A stretch of 64,000 bases of DNA, from NCBI GenBank assembly GCA_000004695.1, contig CM000151.3:7648001-7712000 (forward strand), written 5' to 3'. Position 1 is the stretch's first letter. Every line of letters starts with the position of its first letter. Below the pieces are notes generated by a model that worked only from the letters and a program-made list of their open reading frames with translations, did no database searches and was not told the origin of the DNA. A program made the translations under genes and the position numbers. Source of the stretch: Dictyostelium discoideum (lineage: Eukaryota). Of this stretch, positions 54,001-64,000 are shown one piece after another.

Positions 54001-57000
54001 GCAACATTGGAAGGTATTGAAGATATTAAATCTTTAAAAGTTCAAATTGGTCAACAATTACCACCTCTTTTAATCTCTTTAATTGATAATGATAGTAATT
54101 TAGTATCAATAAATCAAATACCAAAGAAATTACAATTTAAAGCATTTTCATTAGATGATGATGAAAATGAAGATAATGATTCTCAAACTTTATCATCATC
54201 TCCACCACAAGATAAAGATGATAAAATGGATACAGATGAAATAAATAATAATAGTAATAGTAATAGTAGTAATAATAATAATAATATTAATAGTAATGGT
54301 ATTGGTTTAATTGGTGGTAAGGAAATTACATTAAGTAAATCAAATATAACAAGTGAATTAGTTAATAATCAAATTATTGTAAAAGGTTTAGTATTACCAA
54401 AAGCAGAATTAAATGACGAATCAGAATTATTGGTAACTATTCAAATTGTTATGGATGAATTTAAATTAAGAATACAACCTTTTACATTGATTTCAGGTGA
54501 ACCAGTTACAATGACATTCACAGAGCAATTAACATTTATAGATTCACCAAAAGGTCAATTAAAACCAAATGTTGATGAATTGGATGGTTATATGAATCTA
54601 ACTTATTTACCTCATTTCTATGTTTTTGTAAATGATAAAGATGGTAACATTTGTAGATTACCATCAAAGAAACCAGTTTCAACCATAACAAATAGTACAC
54701 AAACTACAGGAAGAGGTAGAAAACCAAAACAACAAGTTCAACAAGCTTCAGCCATGGCAGAGAATCCACCATTTTATATTATGGTTAGATCGGATAGTTT
54801 TGATGAATCAATTTATTATGTTTGCGATGAAAAAGGTTGTTTCTCATTATGTACTTATACAATTAGTGGTATTACAAAAAATCCAAGAGTTACTCCACCA
54901 CCAACAGCAATTTTAATTCATGAAAAAGTTGAAAAAGATTTTGAACCTGATGAACCTACTACAACTATAACAACAACACAATCAAAAAATAAAAAGAAAC
55001 AACAACAACAACAACAAGAACAAAATTCTTATTCAATTGCAACAATTAGTTTTACATTATTTAAAGATATGAATGAGTTATTTACAGTATCACAAAAAAT
55101 TAAAATTTTACCATCATTTAAACCATCTTATATTACATTACATCCATTAACTGATATTATTGAGGTTGATAAAGATTCATTTACAACTCAAGCTTCAGCA
55201 GAAATTAAATTTGGTATAAAAATTTTAAGTGCTGGTGGTGGTAATAGAGGTCCTTTCTTATTGAATGGTTTAATTGGATCAGTTCAACCTGGTTGGTCAC
55301 CAAAAACATTGGATTTCCAAATGAATAGTACTGCAAGTGATTCAATTGCCACTGGTAGTATGGTGATTTTACCAACGATCGTTGCCGATAGAAATACACG
55401 TTTCAATAGATATAATGTTTCAGTCGATATTCCATTGGGTAAACAAACGGTGAAACAATTCTCTTTAATGGCAGAGAATAAAGATCATATTATCACATTG
55501 AAAAAGGATTTCACAATTCAAACCGTTGGAGGTGCACCATCTTATTTCGTTTGTAATTTGGGTCGTGGTGTTGGTGCCGCTAGATGTGATAGTGAAATCA
55601 CATTGGAGATTGGATTGAATGATCGTCGTCATAATCCTGTCGCACCAAGTAATTTAAAATCAACAAAACCAATTGAACCATTCTTTGAACTTTCTTATCA
55701 ACAAGGTTATAGCTCTCAAATTCCATGTTTCATAAAGAGTCAAAGTGTTGGTGAGTTTGATGTCGATAAAAATATTTATCCTTGTAAGGTAACCGTGGTT
55801 GGATTTGGTAAACTAAACATTAAAGTCATTGATAAAAGTCAACAAATTAGTGAATGTTCAATGAATTTCGATTGTATCGAAGGTAGAGCCGCTCAACTTT
55901 GTGTTAATGGTTCAAATAAAACTACAATTCAGTGTAGTGGTGGCCAATTATTAGATGAAATTACATTTTTGGTTTGTGATACTCAAGGTAACCCAACCCG
56001 TTCTATCACTGGTGTCGATACTGAGTTAGAATGGGTGGATTTTACTTCACCATCGTCTGTACCAATCGATATTAAAAGTAGAGTTAAAATATCAAAGGGT
56101 GAAGGTAAGCTAAGTAATTTAGAAGTTAAAGCAAATGCTGAGGAGGGTACTTTTGTATTACGTGTTAAACCAAAACAATTGGATATTCAAGAGGCATTGG
56201 TTTCATTTGTTGTACGTGGTAAATTTTCAATAGTTTTATTAGATTCTCAAAGTTTACGTATCACTCCAACCAATTCAATCACATCACTCTCTGTTATGTT
56301 ATTAAATCCTGATAAAGTTCCAATGGTCGTACCAAAAGAAACAATGAAACTTTTAACTGTAAATAAAACTTATCCATGCACTGAAATCACTTTCCCCAAT
56401 GATGACGAAACTAAACCAGTCTATTTATTCAATGGTGTTGCATTCCCAAAGAAAGCTGGTCCAACCACTGTAACCTTTACTCATAATGTACGTAGTTCAA
56501 AGAATACTAAAATTCAAATGGAACAAGTTTTAATCGTTCATCCAGATTATCCAACCAAACTTTCAATTTGTGGTCAAATTAAATTTTCACCAACAACTTC
56601 AATACTTGGTCAAAAAATTGGTATCATTGCAACTGATAACTTTGATAATACTGTAGTAGTTGATGGTTCAATTAGAGTTACCATTGAAATTTCACCAAAT
56701 CATCCAAATGCTGGTTCATCCAATAGTAATTATGTTTTACCTACATTTTCAACTACTACTGGCGGCGGTGGCTCAAATAATAGTACTTATTTAGAAGAAT
56801 CATTTAAATCAATGGATGGTGAAGCAACATTTGAAGAATTAAAACTTAGAGATTCAATTGGTACAAGTGGTCCATTCCAATTGGTTTTCACTCCACATAT
56901 ACCTTCAATTCCAACTATTGAACCATTAAGAATTGAATTCTTTTATCAAAATCAAAAAGAATCATTAGATAAAAAAGTTAAACTTCAACAACAACGTGTT

Positions 57001-58086
57001 ATACTAGGTAATGAAATTAGTGATATTGATAAAGAACTTGAGGAATTAAAACAACAACAATCGAAAATTTTAAATGAATACACCAATTCAAAACACCAAG
57101 CCGATGAAATATTTAATCATCTTTCATCATTAATACCAAATTTAAATCCTGAAGCAAAAACTAATCCCGAGACTATAAAGAAATTAATTTCACAAACAAC
57201 TCAAGAGATTGAAGAGTTAACCAATAGTAATCGTCGTCGTCCACCTTATCCAAATAATCCAACATCTCGTGAACTTTTCGAAATACAACGTTCCACCAAT
57301 GATTCTGGTATAGTTGGTGTAATTATGGATTTGTTTTTCGTTGATGATGAACGTTTAGGTCAATGTTTAGCCAACTTTTTAAAATCTAAAATGGAGGGAG
57401 TTGTATTCCAAAACAAACAAACCTTTAGTCATTATTATGATCGTTATAGTAGTAAATCGGTTCAACCGGTTTTCTTTGTTTCTTTGGATACTCTAATACC
57501 TTTTACACCAAAGAAAAGATATCAAAATGGAAGTCAACAATCTCAATACCCTCAACCAACTCCTCCAAATCAATTGGATATTCAAACCTATGATGGAGCA
57601 CCAACTGCTGGTTTCGTTGGTTTCGTTGTAAATAAAGTTCAATTAAGAGAAAAACATGAATTCCTTAGACCAACACTTTGCTTCACTCTATTCAAAGAGA
57701 TGATGATTTTCAATACCCTCAAACAAGCTATGGAATATAAGAATTTTGCCGCTCAAAGAAAATTCCTTTCACCACCAATCATTTGCCTAGAGAATGGTGA
57801 GTATTTGGATTCTTCTGGTTTCGTTGAAATTGGTAGAGTTCCAAACTCTAGAAATTGGCATCAAAATTTAGGTCAACTTCCTCCAAATGAAACACCAGAG
57901 TTTGCTCAATTAAAAGCTAAAAAGAATGTACTAGAGGAATATCGTATCATTAAACATAAAATGCATTCAAATAAAAAAGGTGCTGAAGTTCAAGATTATA
58001 TGAATAAAATAGATGGTTTAAAACAACAAAAGAAAGAAAAATCCGCACAATTATTACAAGTTACAAATGAAATTTCAAATATATAA
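51060..58086 (+). CDS. SMCHD1-like chromatin protein (N-terminal GHKL-type ATPase and C-terminal SMC hinge, more than 2000 aa). Exons about 51060..51318, 51404..51713, 51801..58086
   Basis: GHKL motif I AIAEFIDNSIQA and motif II IRIWDNGCGM at the start of exon 3. The C-terminus has coiled coils (LDKKVKLQQQRVILGNEISDIDKELEELKQQQSKILNEY) followed by a hinge-like G-rich block (NDSGIVGVIMDLFFVDDERLGQCLANFLKSKMEGVVFQNKQT..GFVGFVVNKVQLREKHEFLRPTLCFTLFKEMMIFNTLKQAMEYKNFAAQRKFLSPPIICLE). The first exon is S/T-rich with a KKRK NLS. Placement of introns 1 and 2 rests on GTAAGT donors and frame continuity. Confidence 0.7.
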
Positions 58087-58301
58087 ATAAATATTTTAAA
58101 TAAAATTTTAAATAAAATAAAATAAAATAAATGATAAAGGATTAATAAAATAAAATAAAATAAATAAAATATTTGTTAATTATTAGTTTGATTATAATAA
58201 TATAAATATAATAATATAAAAAAACTAAAACAAATAATAAAACTAATAAAAAAAAAGGAAAAGGAAAAAAGTAAAAAAAGATACAGGTTTAAAATAAAAA
58301 A

Positions 58302-58346
<45 letters not shown>

Positions 58347-59056
58347 TAAAAATAAAATAAATATTTAAATAAATAAATAAATAAAAAAAAAAAAGTAAAA
58401 GATAATTGTTTAAAATTATTATTATAATAATTTTTAAATTTTATCAAAAGATTTACTTGTTATTATTACTTTTTTAATGTGTGCGTTTTTTTTTTTTTTT
58501 TTTATTTATTTATTTTTTTATTTATTTTATTTTTTTAATTTGGTAGCATTACTATTTTTCAAATTTTAATGTACATTAAAATCAACAGAATCACCCACTA
58601 CAAATTCAAAATTCATTGCCAATATTTTTTTATTTATTTTTATTTTTTTATTTTATTTTTTTTGTTTGTATTTATCTATTTTTAACTTATTACCAAAATT
58701 TTTTTCTAAAAAAAAAAAACTACTGCATAGAATTTATTAACACACTTCCTCAAACACTTTGTTTAGGTTATATATAACACAAAATAAATAAAAAATAAAT
58801 TAAATAAAAAATAAATTATTTGATATTTATTTTTTTATTTTTTATTTTTATTTATTTTTATTTTTATTTTTAATTTTTTTTATTTTTATTATCTAAATCA
58901 TAATTCATTATTAATTTTACTATTTATATGTTTAATATATATGGTATATTAATTACAGTTTACTATTACAATAATCAAAAAAAAAATTTTAATTTTAATT
59001 TTAATTTAATAATTAAATAATTAAATAATTAAATAATTAAATAATTAAATAAAAAA

Positions 59057-59129
<73 letters not shown>

Positions 59130-59214
59130 TCAAAATTTAAATTTAATTTTAAATTTAGATAGAATTTATTTAATCATTTTTTAATATATATAAATACATA
59201 TATTTTTTTTTAGG

Positions 59215-59246
<32 letters not shown>

Positions 59247-59251
<5 letters not shown>

Positions 59252-60479
59252 TAAAATTATTTTTTTAATTATAATTTTAATAAATGTAATAAATGGATAT
59301 GGTGAAATACCAAAATCATGGGATTCTAGAGAAGTATTAGTAATGATGAATTCTTTAAGAATGAATCCAAGTCAATATAAAGAGAATTTTATGAAACCAT
59401 ATGGATTTACAAATTTGGAAAATGTAATTACATCAAAATACTATGAACCTGTAACACCATTACAATTTAATGAAAGATTATACGATATGGCTCAAAGCCA
59501 TTCCATTGATATGTCTGCAAGTGATGATTGTTTTACATTTGAAAATTGTAATGGTACTTCATTTTATGATAGAATCGATGATTGGAAATGTGATGAAAAT
59601 ACTCAAGAGCATATTTATAAAACTTCCACTTCCAATAACGGATTAAAAGCAATCAATAGATTAGTATGTCGTAGTAGTAGTAAATGTTTAAATGATGATG
59701 CTCCTGATGTTGGTGATTTTCGTGATAGAATTATGGGAAAGGACATAAACTACTCTGGAACTGGTATTGTCTACAACCAAACTTTATCAACTTGGTTCTA
59801 CACTATGGATTTCACCCTAACTTCATGCACTCCACAAAATGACCTTGCATCTGGTGATAAATCAATAATCTCTGCCAGCCATACTTTTAAATATGGTGAT
59901 CTAAATTCCACATCAAGTTCCTCATCACCATTTTACCAACAACCACAACAACAGCAATTACCAATTACATTTATTGCAAATTATTTTAATTCAAGTAATT
60001 CACTTGATGGTTTATATTTATATGTAATTAGTAAAAATAGTAATTTAAAAGTTATGTTAAATAAATTATATTCAAGTGATAATGGTAAATCATCAAATGG
60101 AGTTTACTCAATAACTTTAAATGAAAATTCTTATCGTTCATGTGATTATTATTATTTTCAAGCAATTACTATATCAGGTAAAATTCAAAGATACCCAACA
60201 AAAGGATTTTTAAAGATTGTAGATTATAAACAATCTTGTGATGGTGCTTGGTCTGAAACTTCTACAACTTTTTCACCATCATTACCATCTTTACCTCAAT
60301 CTCATTTTTATAACTTTTTTCCAAACTTTATAAATAATCTTGAATCAAATAAGGAAGTTGAAATCAATAATGATAAAAGTATAAATCATAATTATTATAT
60401 TACCAGTAACACTACATTTTTAAATATTTCTACATTTTTAATAATTATTTTAATTAGTTTTATTTTATTATTGATTTAA
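59247..60479 (+). CDS. Secreted, probably GPI-anchored or C-terminally TM-anchored Cys-rich protein. Possible divergent CAP/SCP-like N-terminal domain
   Basis: 410 aa. N-terminal signal peptide MIKIIFLIIILINVINGYG. C-terminal hydrophobic tail FLIIILISFILLLI. The LVMMNSLRMNP...LQFNERLYDMAQSHSIDMSASDDCF segment loosely resembles the CAP domain hNxlR / L.W...La..Aq motifs. The assignment is weak. Confidence 0.5.
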
Positions 60480-60597
60480 ATTTGTTCTTTTTTTTTTTTA
60501 AAAAAAAAAAAAAATTATTAAAAAAAAAATAAAATTATATTTATTATTCAAAAAAAAAAAAAAAGAAAAAGAAAAAAAAAAATAATTAAGTTAATTA

Positions 60598-61727
60598 TTA
60601 ATTATTTATTGATGTTTTAATTTGATTTTGTTCATTTTTATAATAATTCCAAATAATGATTGAAGCTATAAATGTTAAAAATATTATAATTGTATTTATA
60701 AAGTAAGGTGCTTGAGGAAAAAAGAAGGGTGATTTATTTGATATAAAATACATATATATATCACCTGTGGCTAATGCACCTGAAAATTGTGCCAAACTAC
60801 CAAGTGATTGTAATCCAGTTATAATTGTTCCCTGTAGCTCTGGTGGTGTTACAATTGAAATCAATGATTGAATGAGATTTGTATTATTTGGTACAAAAGT
60901 TCCAATACCACAACCAAAAATATAATAGTACTTACTATGATTTGAAAAAATCATTAAAATATGAGAACAAAAACTAATAAAAAATCCAATTGAAATTACT
61001 TTTCTTGTTGCTTAAAAAAAATATATATATAAAAATTAGTAATAGTTTTTTTTTTTTTTTTTTTTTTTTTCATTTTAAATTGCTTACAAAAAAAATTTAA
61101 TAAAATTGGAATTCCAACAGCTCCCCATAAAATTAAAATAAAACCTAACCCACCTATAAACAAACCAATTTCTTTTGGAGTCCATGAATACATTAAAGTT
61201 GTATAATAATAATAAGTATTTGAAAAATCTTGACTTGTATATGAAATTGAAATAAATAATAAAATGATCCAAAATAATGAACCTCTTGATGAGAATAAGT
61301 CATAAATATGTTTAAAAGGATTTAATGAATTTTTTTTTTCCTTATATGTGCTATTCTTTTTTGCAATTTCTAAACTTTCTAATAAAAATGGTAATCCAAA
61401 GAAACAAACAATTAACAATCCAGCTGCAACATATAAAGTTAAATCTTGGATAGGTGACCCTGAAGTGTAAACATAAATTAAAGGACCAAATATAATACCT
61501 GATCCAATTGCAACTCCAGCCAATGAATATAACAAGGATACATGGGATTCATAAAATGAAACATCTGAAATAAATGAAAAAACAGCTGCATTTGCTACAT
61601 TATTTAATCCTGCAATACTATGACCAACATAAAAATATATTAAATTGTTTGTTTTCATTGTTACCCAACATGATAATATATCAAAAAATGTCATTACAAA
61701 ACTTAATAATAATATTGGTTTTCTTCC

Positions 61728-61796
<69 letters not shown>

Positions 61797-62257
61797 TAGT
61801 AAAATAATTATAAATTAATTATAAATTAGTTTTAAAATTAAAATATTTACTTATCAGATAAAACACCAAATAAAGGACCAAATAAAAACATTGTAAAATA
61901 TGGTATGGAATCAGAAAATGATTTATAATAAGCTGACCTTGATTGTTGTTCAGTTGGTGGTAAATGTGGATAATTTTTTTTTACAAATTCACTAAAAACA
62001 CCAGGTAAAAACAATGAATATAGATAACATGACATAATTAACAATGCATAAATTATATAAAGAAAAATTACTTGTTTTAAATATTTATGCTCCCTAATAG
62101 ATGGTTTAGTTTCAACTTCTTTTTTTAAAAGTGGGTTTTTTTCATCATATTTTTTACTTTCTTCCTTGTCTTCAATTTCATTTCCAATGATTATTATTGA
62201 ATCACCATTTTTAATACCACTTGTTTTTTGATATATTTGTTTATTATTTGGTTCCAT
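60598..62257 (-). CDS. Second MFS transporter (paralog of 20593-22290). Exons 62257..61851, about 61729..61088, 61010..60598. Possibly defective at the intron-1 acceptor
   Basis: Exon 1 ..YYKSFSDSIPYFTMFLFGPLFGVLSDK|gtaaat. Exon 2 YGRKPILLLSFVMTFFDILSCWVTMKTNNLIYFYVGHSIAG.. Exon 3 S..TRKVISIGFFISFCSHILMIFS..GTIITGLQSLGSLAQFSGALATGDIYMYFISNKSPFFFPQAPYFINTIIIF. It is collinear with the first MFS gene, whose exons 3 and 4 are fused here. The sequence between exon 1 and exon 2 ends in a 64-nt homopolymer with no AG acceptor. Confidence 0.65.
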
Positions 62258-63825
62258 ATATTTGTTATACCTTTTATTTTTTTAATAATTTAATATTAAA
62301 AAAATAAAAAACAAAGTGTTTGATTAAGAAATTTGCCATCATATTAAAAAATCTATACTTTAAATAAAAAATTATTATTATTATTTTAACCACACCCAAG
62401 TGGTTTACCTATAAAAAAAATATATATTTTTTGAAAAAAATAAAGGGGGGAATTAATTGAAAATGGTCAAAGTTATAGATTAAAAAAATTAAAGTGTGAA
62501 AAAGTTTAAATTTCTATAATTAGAACCAAATTAAATTTATTTTTGACAAAATAAACTGTATAATATGAAATTATTTAAAGAATGATAAAAATTTTTGGGT
62601 CAAAAAAGATTTAAAAAATAAATAAAAAATAAAATAATATAAAATTAAAAAAAACTTTTTTTTTTATTTTTTATTTTTTTTTTTTTATTTTGATTATTTA
62701 AAGATTTAAAATAATTTCATAGATATATTTTTTCAAATTGAGAATTATTTAACTGTAGTTCAGCATGTGAAAATATTTTTTTTAATCAAAACATTTTATC
62801 AGTTTTGGAAACAAAAAAAAAAAATTTTCAAAATAACCACCATCTTTAAATTTTCACACCCACAAAAACATCAAGTTTACCTTATACCCCACCCCCATTC
62901 ACCTTTTCAAAATCAGTTAAAAAATTAAAATTAAAATTAAAAATAAAAATAAAAATAAAAAAATAATGACACATACATATTCAATTAAATATAATTAAAT
63001 TGCAAAAAAAAAAAAAAAAATATAATTAAAAAAAAAAAAAAAAAAAAACTTTTGTTGTTTTGAATAATACATTATTAACACATATTAAAGAAATATATGT
63101 AAAAAAGGGAAACTTTTATTTTAAAAATTTTAAAGAAAAAAAAAAAAAAAAAAAAAAAGATATATAAAAATTACGATGAATATAAATATTTTTATAGTTT
63201 TATATATATTTATTATATTTAATTCATTTTCAAAAAATGTTAATTGCGATATAACAGATTTAGATGAAAGTATGACAAATTTTTTATAAAATGAAAAAAA
63301 AAAAAATTTTTTATTCACTTTTTTTCTTTTTTCTAGTTAATCCAATTAGTTTTTAAGGAAAAACATTTTATATAAACTGGAATTTAAGGAGTGGGAATAT
63401 ATGTTCAAATAAAGGAATATTTGTGATTCCACAATTTCACAACCAAAAAAGTGTAATTTTTTTTAAAAAAAAAAAAATTTAAAATTTAACCAAAAAAAAA
63501 AAAAAAAAAAAAAAAAAATAGTAATTTATTAAAAAAAATTCAAGAATAATAGATGAAACACTACCAAATGGAGAGGGTATACCACCAAATGTAACATTAC
63601 CAGAAGGAGACATTTTATCTCTATCATTTTTAAATATTTCATCAATGTAGGTATTTTTATTGGTTAAAAAAAAAAAAATGTATAGAACAATAAAACTTTT
63701 TCTAATTTATAAAAAAAAAAATAAAAAATATACAGAACAATAAAAAATAGGGAATCAATTACAGAAGCAAATGTTTTAAATTTTGTTTCAGCGTTAAAAA
63801 TACTTACTTATTTAGAGTATGTCTA

Positions 63826-63870
<45 letters not shown>

Positions 63871-64000
63871 AAAATTTTCCTTTTAAAAATAAAAAAAGAA
63901 TTGTGAATGTATCTAGTGTAAATACAATACCTGACTCTTTTTTGTATGATTGTCCTTTGATAAATACAGTGATTTTAGATGAAAGGGATCTTACTAGTTT

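Overview
The window is extremely AT-rich nuclear DNA of the Dictyostelium discoideum type. Long poly(dA/dT) runs, poly-Q/poly-N coding tracts and short GT..AG introns all point that way. It is gene-dense: I can support about 25 protein-coding genes, most with one to five short introns. Products recognised directly from the translations: iptA-type adenylate isopentenyltransferase (cytokinin synthase); RBM26/27-like CCCH+RRM protein; TAPT1-like membrane protein; two paralogous MFS transporters; IPT/EGF mucin-like surface glycoprotein; two FNIP-repeat proteins; VAMP7 longin SNARE; a formin; METTL25-like methyltransferase; RUS1/DUF647 protein; ATG3; VIT/CCC1 iron transporter; PfCRT-like transporter; histone H4; a large SMCHD1-like GHKL-ATPase plus SMC-hinge protein; and several uncharacterised membrane or secreted proteins. 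There are two tRNA genes, tRNA-Ile(AAU) on the plus strand and tRNA-Asp(GUC) on the minus strand, each followed by an external B-box. About 50 bp upstream of tRNA-Asp lies a stack of poly(A)-terminated, 5'-truncated non-LTR retrotransposon fragments of the TRE5 type, bracketed by repeated copies of a target-site-like motif. The points I would look at again: a small protein fusing a B-box zinc finger to two VPS13/ATG2 C-terminal-like motifs; the SMCHD1-like gene divergently paired with histone H4; a second MFS paralog whose first intron lacks an AG acceptor and ends in a 64-nt homopolymer; a GC-rich patch inside the RUS1 gene; and a 48-bp coding minisatellite. No prokaryotic-type system (operon, CRISPR, defence island) is present.
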